DNA of 64,000 nt from Octopus sinensis (GCF_006345805.1 NC_043005.1:37758001-37822000); one strand, 5' to 3'. Numbered from the stretch's first letter, positions 13,715 to 26,780 are shown. Notes: generated by a model from the letters alone, not told the origin. A program made the numbers and translations.

Positions 13715-13742
13715 TTAAGATAGAGAGGGTGAGCATGTAAAT

Positions 13743-13775
<33 letters not shown>

Positions 13776-14040
13776 CATACATTTTTATATGTATAAATAT
13801 ATGCATTTATACTTTTATTTTCATACGGACTCTAAAAAAAATGAAATTACTTGATACATGGGGATACACACACATGTGTGAATACATATATCAGTTCAAG
13901 TACGAACCCTGTAGTTTGCTTTATAAAGCTCTGTCTATGGGTATTGGCAACAAAAGGCAGTTTCCCAGCAAGCGTCTGCTTGTAGAGTGGGGATGAAACA
14001 ATCCAAGCATTATGCAATAAAGTGTATTTGCTCAATCAAG

Positions 14041-14419
14041 GCATAGGAGTGGCTGTGTGGTAAGTAGCTTGCTTACGAACTACATGGTTTCGGGTTCAGT
14101 CCCACTGTGTGGCATCTTGGGCAAATGTCTTCTACTATAGCCTCGGGCCAACCAAAGCCTTGTGAGTGGATTTGGTAGATGGAAACTGAAAGAAGCCCGT
14201 CATATATATATGTATGTATGTGTCTGTGTTTGTCCCCACCAACATCGCTTGACAACTGATGCTGGTGTGTGTATGTCCCCATAACTTAGTGGTTCGGCAA
14301 AAGAGACTGATAGAATAAGTACTAGGCTTACAACGAATAAGTCCTGGGGTCGATGTGCTCAACTAAAGGTGGTTTTCCAGCATGGCCACAGACAAATGAC
14401 TGAAACAAGTAAAAGAGTA
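14041..14419 (+). mobile_element. tRNA-derived SINE family A, best-preserved copy
   Basis: A-box-like tggctgtgtggt, B-box-like ggttcagtccc, central (TA)/(TG) tract, 3' end with gacaaatgactgaaacaagtaaaagag. Confidence 0.9.
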
Positions 14420-15840
14420 ATCCAATCACTCTTACTTCACTTGATTGATAGGTATTCAGTCAGTAGTGGACACCCTCAAACCTCTGTCCCACAGGCAGAC
14501 TCTCTCTTTCTCATTCTTTGTATCTTTTCTATGATTATTGTGATCATTTCCATAGTTAATTTATTGTGCAAGCTACCTTGACTTATGTATAGAGTACCTG
14601 TTACATTTTTGGATATCTTCACTTTCACTGTTTGGTCAACATTACATTCAATCATGTGAGATAACTGTCCTAGCCTCTTAATTCACAAATCTCCCAAGTT
14701 AAAGTTATTTTAAAGAAACACTCTTAACTTCTACAATAAACATTACATTTTAATTGGAACGTAACTAAAGCACCTAACAAACATTAGCTGCTTTAGTGAA
14801 CAATATCTGCTACTTCATGGAGTTAAATATTTAGATAGTGAAATTTTTTAGTACCTGTTATGCTATACATAGCGGGACTTCTGTAATCAGAGTATACAGT
14901 TTTATCAAAATGTTTCTACAACCCATTCTGTTCTCAAATAATATGAATCAAACATTCTCCATGCTCAATTCTTCACTTTTAATATAGTACTGATATCATC
15001 CAGAAATAGGTGGCAGTAAAATTCAATATATGGCTCCTAAAATGTTTAAAAATTTCATTGACAGAGCATCATTCCTAAACTTCAATTGATAACCAAAAAC
15101 ATCGTCCTTGAACCACAAAAAATATTCAATCAAAATAAGTTATTTGCTTGTTTGTTTGTTATTTTGTATGTATGTGTTATGAGATTAAATGGTATGACTT
15201 TTTTAAGTGTTTTATGGGATTATTTTGCTATATAATTGTCTGTAAATTTGTACACGTCTCACAGGAAAGGGATCACCGAAAGTAAACTTCATTTAATATA
15301 TGTAATCATTTAAATAATCAATAATTTTATGTTGCTCTTCCCAGATCCTAAGTACCTCCTTGGTATCTATTGATATCTAGGTGAACTGGATAGAGTTCAG
15401 CTTTATAATGACAGATATAACCCTTGCTTATGTCATTAAGCCTCTACTTTATAAATAATAGCTCTTGCCTCTACGTTTATAGCCATACACACACATAGAG
15501 AGACACACAAAAACATATATGCATTTCCTAACCAGATATAATGCAACTGGATTTTGATTCAAAATTGCTTCAAAAAATTTGGAAAACCTATTAATGTATC
15601 TGGCACTACTTTCAACAAAATTACCTGCAAAGTATATTTTTATATACATGCAGCCATATTTCAATTGATTTCGATCTCATCTAAGAAGCATCTGTTGATT
15701 ATCAAGTTTAATTTTAAAAGCACAGATGAATCTGCCTCTCATTGATGGTGTTTGTCAGCAACACTATGTCATTTTTTTGCAAACTATTTTTTTCAACTTA
15801 AATTTCTTACCCCGGAATTCGATGTGTTCATTTCGCCTAG

Positions 15841-16020
15841 ATGCCGGGTGCCCACTGCTTCCCCAAATTGACAATGGTCATGTGGATATTTTACAACCCA
15901 ATATAATTGGGACCTCGGCGAAATATACTTGTTCAACTGGCTTCTTTCTTGCTGGGCGAGCAATACGAAAATGCACATCAGAAGGCGCTTGGGATGGGAG
16001 AGAGCCTAGCTGTGAGAAAG
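15841..16020 (+). CDS. Internal coding exon encoding one complete sushi/CCP (SCR) domain; host gene not identifiable here
   Basis: Acceptor ...tttcgcctag|, donor AAG|gtgagt, 180 nt, phase 1-1. Translation (D)AGCPLLPQIDNGHVDILQPNIIGTSAKYTCSTGFFLAGRAIRKCTSEGAWDGREPSCEK has the four Cys, NG, G..A.Y.C..GF.L.G and W of the CCP consensus. Confidence 0.93.
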
Positions 16021-16821
16021 GTGAGTGAGTGTCACCTGTTTCTCTTCTTTTGCTTTTTATTCTATGTCCTTTTCCTTGTATCTTTAATATTTCTTTTGTG
16101 CTTCTTTTCATTTCCCGTGTTCATACATTATTGCTATATTAAGACATATATACATAATAAGTATACATAAACATACATACATATATTTATATACACGTGT
16201 ATAATATGTATATAAAAATATATACATATACACATGTATAATATATTTATATATATATATACATACACATGTGTATAATATATTTATATATATATATTTA
16301 TTTATATGTATGTATGTATTATATTTTCATTTCTGGCATTTAGTCTCAGCATACTCTATGGATTCTGAAAAGCAAAAATGTAAATAACTAAAATCGAAAG
16401 TATACAACAACAATATGGTTGAAATGATCTGAAGTTGACTGAAAATATCTGAATAAATTCCATACATTTATATATATATTTATATATATATAATTTATTG
16501 TTTGAAATAATTTAGTGATATGGTTGTGATGTGGATGTCGCTTTCAATGGCTTTCACTTCTTTTATTCCTCCATTTAAAAAAAAAAAATTATATCTATAT
16601 ATATTCAGTGTTGTCTTTTTCTTTTCTATCTTTCTATATATATATATCTTTTCAAATACATGTTTATTTGTCAGTATCATTTTTATGAATATCCTTCAGT
16701 AAGATATGAATCATAACATTTCTTACTATTTCTATCTTAGTGTATGTGTGTGTGACAGAAACTGTCATTTTTCTTTGTCTTTGGATAGCTGTTTCATTCA
16801 GCTCTGGTTTATCTTTTATTT

Positions 16822-17305
16822 TTATCTTACGTTTGTTTCAGTCATTGGATTACAGCCATGCTAGGGCACTTCTCTGAGGGGCTTTTAATTGAAGAAATCA
16901 GCCCTAGTACTTATATTTTTTTAAAGTCTGGCACTTATTCTATCAGGCAGCATTGCCAAACTATTAAATTATGTGGATACAACCAAACCAACACTACTTG
17001 TCAAACAGTGGTGGTGTGGGGCAAGGCAAATATAAAGAGACACACGTGTATTACACTCCCACACACTCATACACACACACACACTCATACACACACACAC
17101 ATGTGTATGTAGAGTGCTCAACCACTTGCATGTTAATTTTATGAGCAGGCTTTTCCATTGATCAAATCAACTAGAGCCCTTGTTGTTGTTACTGATGGAA
17201 TACCAGTTATATACAACTATATACAGAATGGGCTTTCATACAATTTCCATCTACCAAATTCTCTCACAATGCATTCGTTGACCTGGGATTCAAGTAGCAG
17301 ACACT
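16822..17305 (-). mobile_element. Degenerate SINE family A (right half 16822-17045, left half 17225-17305)
   Basis: gtttcagtcattggattacagccatgctagggcac is the reverse-complement tail; tttccatctaccaaatt.tctcacaa is the left half. Confidence 0.7.
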
Positions 17306-17625
17306 GAGCACCTTTTCAAACTCCACCTATCTAACACCCGTGGATATGTTTACAAAGTCAGAAAACAGCACAGCTCCCATGACTTTTGGAATCATTTTTT
17401 CATGCTAAGAGTTGCTGAAGTATGGAACAAACTGCTGGCATCAGTTGTTAGTTGTCGGAGCACTGCATCCTTCAAAACTTCCGTGCTTCCTGAGATTCGC
17501 CAACACTACACCAGATTTTCTCCCCTCCATACACATGCAAGCATGTATCTGACTCATACACTGTTCCCTTTCCAGACATTGGTACATTACTGCATATGCT
17601 TTATACGCACTTTTGACAAGTATGG
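17305..17625 (+). mobile_element. CR1 LINE 3' fragment (related subfamily of the 24-26 kb element)
   Basis: tacaaagtcagaaaacagcacagctcccatgact..catttttt.ca.gct.agagttgctgaag.atggaa.aaactg aligns with the reverse complement of 24040-24230; different 3'UTR. Confidence 0.85.
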
Positions 17626-17774
17626 CTGGTTTGAATGCTGAAGGGTTAACCACTAAACTTTACATTAATTGTTTTGCAGCCACCTATTTTATATGGTAGA
17701 TGCATCCATTCCAATATTTAAGCAGTAGGAAAAAATATGTTGGAATAAAGCAGTTTTCTTTGAGACAATCTAAT

Positions 17775-18015
17775 TCATCATCATCAACCCTGGACTTTAC
17801 TGTCTCAGGTTCCAGGGCTCATAGAGCTAGCTCCTCAATTTCTATAGCATGACCAAGATCTCAACATTCCCCTTGAACACCAGTCTAGTTTTGGGTTATT
17901 CATTTATAGCTGAATGAATTGGAGCAACATGAAATGAAGTGTTTCACTTAAGAACACTAGACATCTCCAGATCTGGGAAAGATCTATGATCTTGCAATTG
18001 TCAGTGCAAAACCAG
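17775..18015 (-). mobile_element. Degenerate SINE family G
   Basis: ggagcaacatgaaatgaagtgtttcacttaagaacac matches 56830-56870. Confidence 0.55.
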
Positions 18016-18578
18016 AACCACTCTGCACACACTACCACAATCTAACTTCCACATCATTAATTTGCTTCAGTTTTATCTCTTGACTTCATATTACAATATT
18101 TATATCTTATATTTGTCACAAACAAATATACAGTCCTTCATGCTCTACATATTTCCTCAACTCTTAAGATATAAAATTTCATAGAATACTTTTATAATTT
18201 CAATACATTGGAGGTTGATGTAGAACAGGGGTTTCAAACATGCAGTATGTGAACCAGAATTGTCTTGTAGCAATATTTAGTTTGATCCACTGCCTGAATT
18301 TTATAAAAGATATTTTATTGTTTTGGAGTATTTATATGAGCCAGTGTGTTGAAACTAAAACAATTACAACCTGAGAGAGACACCTATTAGTCATTCAAAA
18401 ACACACAAAAACTGATAACTTATACATGTCAAAATTTTTGTGACACTAACTGCAATTATTATTTTTATTGTTCTAATATATACTTTCATATATACATATA
18501 TAAGTATATATAAGTATATATGTGTGTGCGTATATATATGTATGTATATGTGTGTGTATATATATATGTATGTGTGTG

Positions 18579-18960
18579 TGTGGCTGTGTGGTAAGAATCT
18601 TGCTTTCCAACCACCTGATTCCAAGTTCAGTCCCACAGCAAGTGTCTTCTATATTTGCCTTGGGCCAACCCAAACCTTCTGAGTGGATATGCTACAGAAA
18701 CTGAAAGAAGCCCATAATATATATACATTTATATAACTATGTATGTATCTTTGTGTCTGTGTCTGTCCTCCACTACCACTTGACAACCAGCGTTGGTGTG
18801 TTTACATCCCTCTAACTTGATGGTTCAGCAAAAGAGACCAATAAACTACAGACTAGGCTTAAAAAAGTAAGTCCTGGGGTCAATTTGTTGAACTAAAACT
18901 CTTCAATGTGGTGCCTCAGCATGGCTATAGTCAGATGACTATAGTCAGATGACTAAAGAG
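18579..18960 (+). mobile_element. SINE family A, full length
   Basis: Matches 14041-14419; has a 14-bp tandem duplication (ctatagtcagatga x2) in the tail. Confidence 0.85.
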
Positions 18961-19437
18961 ATTAAATATATATATATATAATATATATACATAGCATGTG
19001 TTCAGAATTGAAACATGGTAAATGTCATGAGTGACTCAGGTTTTGGTTAGTCAAACCAGCAAAACTTTGGGCATCTTTTCCTAAATTAACCAATGAAAAA
19101 CAAGCTTATGAATCAGCATACTAAAACATATGACCAATTACCACTTCATTCTGTCTATCAACTACAAGCCAAATGGAAGAATTTTTTGTCTTATTTTTTC
19201 AAAATTTACTCACATGTCCATCCAAATGGATTCTAGTGATATCAGTAATATTGAAAGGTTTCACAGTTAAAATAATACCAGATTCCTATAAAGCATTTGT
19301 CTTCTAACTAATTGCATGCATTCATTTTAAATAATTTCTATCTCTGTTCTCACTCTAAGGCCTCTTACTTAACGGGGTGTATGCATGTATGTAAATATAT
19401 ATATATATACACACTTGTGTGTGTGTATGTATATATG

Positions 19438-19479
<42 letters not shown>

Positions 19480-19516
19480 AATATATATATATACATATAT
19501 ATATATATACATACAC

Positions 19517-19548
<32 letters not shown>

Positions 19549-19724
19549 GTGTGTGTGTGTATATGTATATATATATATGTGTGTGTATGTGTGTATACAT
19601 ACACACATACACCACATTGCTGAGTTTTTTCCATATATCTCTGCATACAAACTTTGCTAAAACCTCATATTCTTTCCTTACTTGATAAAATTGATATAAT
19701 GTATATAATGTATATTGCTGCCAA

Positions 19725-19860
19725 GGGGCAGATGTGGCTATGTGGTTAAGGTGCCTGCTTCCCAGTCATGTGGTTTTGAATTGAGTCCAATTCAATTATA
19801 ACTCAGAGCAGACCAAACCCTTGTGAGTGTATATCATTGATAGAAACTAAAAGAAGCCCA
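19725..19860 (+). mobile_element. SINE family A left half
   Basis: tggctatgtggttaag..cccagtcatgtgg..agaaactaaaagaagccc. Confidence 0.65.
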
Positions 19861-19889
19861 TATTGTGTATGTGTCTGTCTGTCTGGCTA

Positions 19890-20042
19890 TAATTCCTTGT
19901 CATAACATTGTGAGATAGTTGTCAATGAGTGTCACTGCCATATATGCAGTATGATATATTTCCAACATTCTGTGAGCACATATAGCTATGGATAGATATT
20001 ACCTTTCCTCGTAAGGATGTAAAGATTGGGATCAGAAAGGGC
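19890..20042. mobile_element. Family D interspersed repeat (RTE-tail-related), opposite orientation to 28103-28322
   Basis: Reverse complement resembles 28103-28322 and 48160-48320. Confidence 0.45.
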
Positions 20043-20411
20043 CCTAGGTAAGTGTGAGAGGCTGTATCTGGCTGGTTTGAGCATAAAACAACTACAGTAT
20101 TTGGGTCTGATATGGCAGTTTAAATGCTAAGTTTAAATGCTAAATTTAAAGGTCAGAGACTTTAAATATGGTTTTGTGCAGAGGGATATAAACCTTCAAG
20201 TTACTTCAGTGTGTCCTGAAGTGAATATTAATCTCTTTGAGATTGCAGCTCTACCAGACTTTTCATTTCATTTCATATGAGGTAAAGTAAGGGTCAGTAA
20301 TATTGTGGTGTTGAGTCATTCATTACATTCCGTTCACCTATCAAAATAAGATTTGTGCAAATTTGGAAATAAGTTATTCACAATTGTTTAAGAGTCTATT
20401 CTGAATATGCC

Positions 20412-20455
<44 letters not shown>

Positions 20456-20717
20456 TTTATTCTCTCTGTCTTATTGACATGTGCTGCATGTATATTGTTG
20501 GTGAAAATATCAGCGTTTGAAATCATGTCAGAATGAGAGAATGAGAGAGTGGTTGGGAAGAGTGAGAAAGAAAATCAATGTAAGAATGTGAGTGTGCAAA
20601 TTTCTTTCTCTCTCTATATATATATGTGTGTGTGTGTGTGTTGTGTGTGTGTGTGTTTGGCTCTGTGTAGTTATGAATGTATACATTCCTATATACATAT
20701 GTGTATGTGTGTGTGTG

Positions 20718-20761
<44 letters not shown>

Positions 20762-21022
20762 TTTGCATATATATATATGTATAGATGCATACATATGTGC
20801 ATGTACATATATATATATATGTATGTTTGTGTACATTCATATATATGTGAGTCTGTACATATATGTATATAGACATACATATATTTACATATGTATTTCT
20901 GTGTGTACACTTACACACACGGACATCATTCAAGCCCAGCCTCAGGCAAAACTGAAAGTAGCCTGCCAACTTATATGATGTAATAAGCATTTCTATCCAC
21001 TCTACCCTATATATATATGTAT

Positions 21023-21078
<56 letters not shown>

Positions 21079-21500
21079 TACTTGGAGGAAGATGTAGGTA
21101 CGTACATATATGTATGTATGTATGTATATATTTTATTTACTAAATTATGTTTATATATATATATATAGTTCTGTAACAGATAATGTTTGAACTATGTAAA
21201 ATATATTTTAATATACCTTACATCATTTACATTCTTACATAACTACATGTTTGTGTGCATGTATGTGTGTATGTACTTACAAGTATCACTATATATGTGC
21301 TTGCAAGCACGCAGTTTAATCAAACATACATTTGTAACTCATGCAGATGTATTAGTCAAACAATTGCAACTCTGTTTCTGTTTATTCTAGAAGAGATGAC
21401 AAAATACCAAGTGAATTCTTCAGCTGATTCCAATGTCCCTCAAGCTTCCCACTTATGAATTTCATTGACTTTATCACCTTTTGAAGCTGCCAGTCTGACG

Positions 21501-21543
<43 letters not shown>

Positions 21544-21612
21544 TTTATTTATTTCGGAGGTGTACTTGCATAGCAAGTGACCTGATCTGAGATCGTGTGC
21601 TGGAATGAAAAC

Positions 21613-21829
21613 AATTGCAGTGTAGAAGACGTTTATAAGCCATTTAAGAAACAAACAAAAACCGTTAGATTCACTTCAACATCTATATTTAATTTGCCAA
21701 AATATTTTTGTCACTTTGAGACCGCAACCTTTTCACTGATAAAATTTCGTAATGCACGGAATTTGAAGTGAATCTAACAGTTTTTCTGTGTTTCTTAAAT
21801 TGCTTATAAACACCTTCCACATTGCAATT
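21613..21829. mobile_element. Palindromic MITE-like element (67-bp arms, 83-bp spacer)
   Basis: Arms 21613-21679 and 21763-21829 are reverse complements at 59/67 positions (manual alignment). Confidence 0.75.
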
Positions 21830-22009
21830 ATATATATATATAAACACACACACACACACGCACACACACACACACACACACATATACACATACACACATA
21901 CATATATATACACATACATATATACACATATAAATATACACGCACACACATATGTACATATATATGTATATATACATGCATACATACATACATACATACA
22001 TACTACATA

Positions 22010-22383
22010 CATTCACATATGTATTTGGAAACACCTTAAAATTTCAAACAAATTTATTTTAATATGGGGTTGGACTGCCTTTGGCAGTAGTTATAGCTGG
22101 AATTCTATGAGGTATGGACTCATACGAAGTTTGAATTGTTTCCAAAGGAAGTTTTGTCCATTCTTCAGCTGAAACAGTCTCCAGTTCTTGTAGTGACAAT
22201 GGTGGAGGATATCAACTCCTTACCTGTTTTTCTAAAATGCACCATAAATGTTCAATAATATTGAGATCCGGGGACTGTGGTGGCCAGATAAGATGTTCAA
22301 CTCTACTAAAATGTTCCACATGCCATTCAGTAACAATTTGAGCTGTGTGAATTGGTGTATTATCATCCTGAAAGATTGGAAGA
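22010..22383 (-). mobile_element. Tc1/mariner transposon remnant (3' part of DDE transposase plus one degenerate end)
   Basis: FQDDNTPIHTAQIV..W..WPPQSPDLNIIEHLW, then after an in-frame stop ..IPHRIPAITTAKGSPTPY*; adjacent TA at 22008-22009. Confidence 0.88.
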
Positions 22384-22544
22384 TACAAAACATGAGAATT
22401 TTTCAGTCTTTGTAGTTCACCTCCAGCAAGGACTAAATTTCTCATCACAAAAAAATTGGTCTGACCAAGAGACTTAAAAATTCTTTCTACTATACTTGCA
22501 AAGCCTGAAAATTTCGCAGGAGTGGGTAAATTGATGTCAACTAC

Positions 22545-22695
22545 ATCATCCCTAGCGCTTGGCAAGTACTACTGTATTTTACTGAGCCTGTAAGGATGAA
22601 AGGTAATGTTGACTTCAGTGAAATTTGAACACAGAATGCCAAGAGCTGGAAGGGAAACAGCTAGGCATTTTGTCCAACATGCTAACAATTCTACA
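22545..22695 (-). mobile_element. SINE family C, degenerate
   Basis: ggatgaaaggtaatgttgacttcagtgaaatttgaacacagaa is the reverse complement of the family C body. Confidence 0.65.
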
Positions 22696-22949
22696 AGCTC
22701 ACCACACACTAATACCTTTAAAATGTCTACACTAGATATGAATGTCTGAATTGTGAGTTGTGACTTCTACATAACTGGATGCTCTCATACTCTATACATA
22801 CAGTTACATGTATGTGTGTACTTGCATATACACAAACATAAACATACACATGCACAAACACGCGCATGTGCGCCCACACACACACACCCCTCTGAAAGGT
22901 ATTTCTACTATGTCAGGTTTGTTGTTGTGTGTTATAAGCAGTAGGTGTG

Positions 22950-23128
22950 TGATATTGGTTTTTCTAAAATTTCAGATTAATTTAAGTTCTGAGAACCTGC
23001 ATAATAACGAGAAAGTTATTTTACTAAATTCTTCATTTTCCTTAATTAATTGAAACGAAGGCAGTGTATTTCAAAAGGATAATTTCTTTTGAAATACATT
23101 GCCAGCCTTTGTGTAATAAACGGGTTAA
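22950..23128. mobile_element. TTAA-ended MITE family E, partial
   Basis: aaagttattttactaaattcttcatt..ggcagtgtatttc..gggttaa matches 59290-59595. Confidence 0.6.
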
Positions 23129-23397
23129 AGAAAATAAATGTTTAAATAATGCAAGTCAGTGTCACTAGGATTAATGTAATACAGTTTAATTTTTCTCTCT
23201 TTGTCACACACAGACATATTTATACATAAATGTATATATATGAATGGGGTTGAGCATTTGTGTATAATATACACATGTATACATACATTCATTCATAAAT
23301 ATACATACACACACACACATATATACATACACTCACATACATACATATATATAATTATATATATATACATATATATATATAATTATATATACTTATA

Positions 23398-23581
23398 TCA
23401 TCATCGTCAGCAGCATCATCATCATTTAACGTCCGCTTTCCATGCTAGCATGGGTTGGATGGTTCAACTGGGGTCTGGGGAGCCCGAAGGCTGCACCAGG
23501 CCAGTCGGATCTGGCAGTGTTTCTACAGCTGGATACCCTTCCTAACGCCAACCACTCTGAGAGTGTAGTGGGTGATTTTAT
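23398..23581 (-). mobile_element. RTE 3' tail fragment, young
   Basis: About 7 differences over ~160 bp from the reverse complement of 55715-55875. Confidence 0.88.
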
Positions 23582-23935
23582 ACATATATATATATATACA
23601 TATATATATATGTACACATACACACATAATTAACATTGTATATACTGTTTAGCATGCTGGCATGTGTTGGACAAGTTTTTCTAAGGTAGAGTTTACTCTT
23701 CCAGTCACATCCTTTTTAAATGCCTTTTTACAACACATAGGGACACCCAGTCTACCTATTCTAAAATCCAGATACACACACATACGCACTCATTTACACT
23801 CACAAACACTCATACACATTGAAAATAGAACAGAAAGTTTAGTGAAGTCTTTGTGAGAAATCTTTGTTAAAAATGGAATGTTCACATATTCAGCAAACAT
23901 CTTGAAAGTTTTTCATATTATCTTTTATATTTGTT

Positions 23936-23937
<2 letters not shown>

Positions 23938-23977
<40 letters not shown>

Positions 23978-26226
23978 TGTGTACAGTGCTCAGGTGCACT
24001 ACAACTCATCTAAAGTGTATATATAATCAGGTGTAGTTTCGGCGGATTTCGGAAAGCATGAGGGCCTTAAAAGATGCAGTGTCATGGCAGTCAACAACTG
24101 ACGCAGGCAGTTTATTCCATGCTTCAGCAACTCTGAGCGTGAAAAAATGTTTCCGAAAGTCATGGGAGCTGTATTGTTTTCTGACTTTGTAGGCATGTCC
24201 ACGTGTGTTAGACACATGGAGATCAAAAAGGTGTTCAGTGTTGTTGTTGGTGAGGTGGTTGATAACTTTGTGGGTGTTTACCAAGTCCGTCGCCAAACGC
24301 CGGAGCTTCAGTGAATCCATGCCCAGGGAAACAAGGCGCTCAGAATATGGTAGGTGTCTGATGGAGGGTATGTGTTTGGTTGCACGTCTCTGGACAGATT
24401 CCAGGAGGTCAATGTTCTGTGCAAGATAGGGGTTCCAAACTGATGATGCGAATTCCAAGTGTGGTCGTACCATAGCTGTATACAGTTTTAAATAGATGGC
24501 TGGAGAGCGGCTAACAAAAGACCTGCTGAGTGATGCCAAGACACCCTCGGCCTTCCTGACAATCTTAGAGATATGCTTTGACCAACGCAAATCACTGCTG
24601 ACAGTGATGCCTAGGTCACGCTCGCAAGAGGATTTCTTGATATCAGTGTTGTGGAGGGAGTATGTGAACGCAGGGTTTTTTCTCCCAAAATGCATGGTGG
24701 TACACTTGTCCACAGCCAGTTTCAGTTGCCAGTCTGTGATCCATTGCTGCATTGTGTCTAGGTCTGATTGCAGGAAAGAGTTGTAGACATCAGGATCTGT
24801 CCTCTTGATTTCAAGGTACAGCTTGATGTCGTCTGCATATTTCAATACTGTGGCATTCTTAAATTGGCATCTATGTCGTTAATGTATGCCACAAACAAGA
24901 GGGGACCAAGGACAGATCCCTGTGGTACACCCGATGACATCTCATATGGTGTAGAGTGCTGTCCTAGAACTGTGACTACCTCCTTTCGGCTGAGGATGAA
25001 GGATTTCAACCAGTTAAAAAGGTCATCCCCCACACCCATTGCAGAGAGTTTCACCATAAGCCTTTTGTGTGGCACAGAGTTGAAAGCCTTAGCAAAGTCA
25101 AGGTAGACAACATCCACCCATGAGCCACTGTCAGTAATCTGAGTAATGTCCTCAAGGAACTCGACAAGCTGGTCACTGCAGCTGGAGTTAGGGACAAATC
25201 CATATTGTGAGGGTCGGATGAGACTGTGAGAGCTCCAGAAGTTCCAGAGTGTTTCTCTGACACACGATTCCATCAGTTTTGCAATACAGCTAGTGAGACT
25301 GACTGGGCGATAGTTGACAGGTGATGTGCGGTCGCCCTTTTTGAACAGAGGAATGACACTGGCAGTTTTCCACTGCTCCGGAGTAGCACCATTGTTGAGA
25401 CAGTACTGGAAGAAAATAGAAAGCTGGTGTAAAAGGAAGTGCCTGCCACGTTGAGAAGCAGGTATGTAACTCCATCGAGACCAGGGGAGGCATAGTTGCG
25501 CTTATTTTGAAGGTGACGTCGCAGCATTGCAGGTGTAAATTCCATAGTTGTTATGGAGTTTGCTGTTAGTGATGGTGAAGATGGTACATTTTGACTTTCA
25601 ACAGTGAATATGTTTGCATAGCACTCGGCAATGAGTTCTGCGCATTCCTTGGGGTCGTCAGTGATCTGGTTTGTGTGAGGGTTGCGAAGAGGGCCCACTG
25701 GAGAGTGAGGTCTCTGCTTTGAGTGCACATATTTCCAGAAAACCTTGCTGTCAGGATTGGCTGCTATGCACTGTTCAAATTCAAGCACTGCTTTTTTTGT
25801 CACTTGCTTGAGATGGTTGGAGGATTTATTCCGCTTCTTCCTGTTGGTGTCTGATTTATGCAACCTGTATTCCCGTTCAGCAGTCCAACGTTCCCTCCTG
25901 GCAAGTCGGACTGCTGAAGTTTCCCAAATTGCCCTTTTGGGGCGGTTCTTCTTTTTTTGTTTACGTGGCACTGATGCTGCACATGCTGCCCATATTGAGT
26001 CCAGGATACTCTGGAGTATAGTATTCACATCTCCAGAGTTGTAGAATTCACGCCAGTTTGGGTGCTGTAGTTCAGTGTGGTACAGGTTCCAATCTGCTCT
26101 CTTCCAATCGAAGGAAGCAGATTGGAGATGGTTCAGGTTTTTGTTGCCCGCAAGAGCCAGATTGGCGATGATCATAGCATGATCAGAGTCACCTAGAGGT
26201 TCCTCCGTAAGTTTCCATATTTTCAT
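23938..26226 (-). mobile_element. 5'-truncated CR1-clade LINE (end of APE endonuclease plus reverse transcriptase), two -1 frameshifts, (ATT)n tail
   Basis: GDSDH, QYGF, YLDFAKAFNSVPH, GVPQGSVLGPLLF, YADD, ERDLG, VRPHLEFASSVWNP, TRGH, FFTLRVAEAWNKLP; 3' stem-loop agtgc/gcact at 23985-24000; tail 23938-23976. Confidence 0.95.
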
Positions 26227-26624
26227 AATGATTCTTGATATAATGGACCAAATAACCTATATGCAAATTTGCATAGACTGGAGGTTACTGCAGTTCCCAT
26301 TGTGGTTACAGATTTTTGTCGGTAATAGTTAACATCAAAAAGGAAATAGTGATTTTGGAGAATAAATTTTCTTCTGATTACTAACTTTTTTTCAGTCTAT
26401 ATGTTTTGGTAATTCATCTGTGAAATTTTGCAACCAGAATCTTATAGTTTCTGTTCCATAGTCATGAAAGATATTAGTATATAAATTTATTATACCAATA
26501 AATAGTGTTACCATTGAGTTTTTTAAATTTTATTTTTACTTTACTTTTTTTATTTTTGAAAAGTAATTCCACATATCTTGATCATCTTTTATAAAGCTGT
26601 ATAATGCACTTACATACATGATGG

Positions 26625-26780
26625 ACTTCTATCAGTTTCTTTCTACTGAATTTCTTCACAAGGCTTTGGTTGGCCTGGATCCATAGTAGAAAGACATTTG
26701 CCCAAGGTGTCACACAGTAGGACTGATCTCAAAACCATGTAGTTGGGAAGCAAACATCTGAACCATGCAGCTACACCTCT
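26625..26780 (-). mobile_element. SINE family A left half
   Basis: cacaaggctttggttggcctgg..tagtaga.agacatttgcccaagg. Confidence 0.75.

Noticed and set aside
14041-14130. tRNA genes
   Set aside because: A/B-box-like motifs belong to SINE heads; no cloverleaf could be folded.
14385-14419. SINE A tail (agtc-aaat-gact-GAAAC-aa-GTA in consensus-like copies) as a hammerhead half
   Set aside because: No CUGANGA upstream in any copy; better explained as a LINE-recognition 3' stem-loop.
24205-26044. Plus-strand ORFs overlapping the CR1 element
   Set aside because: Antisense shadows of the RT frame.
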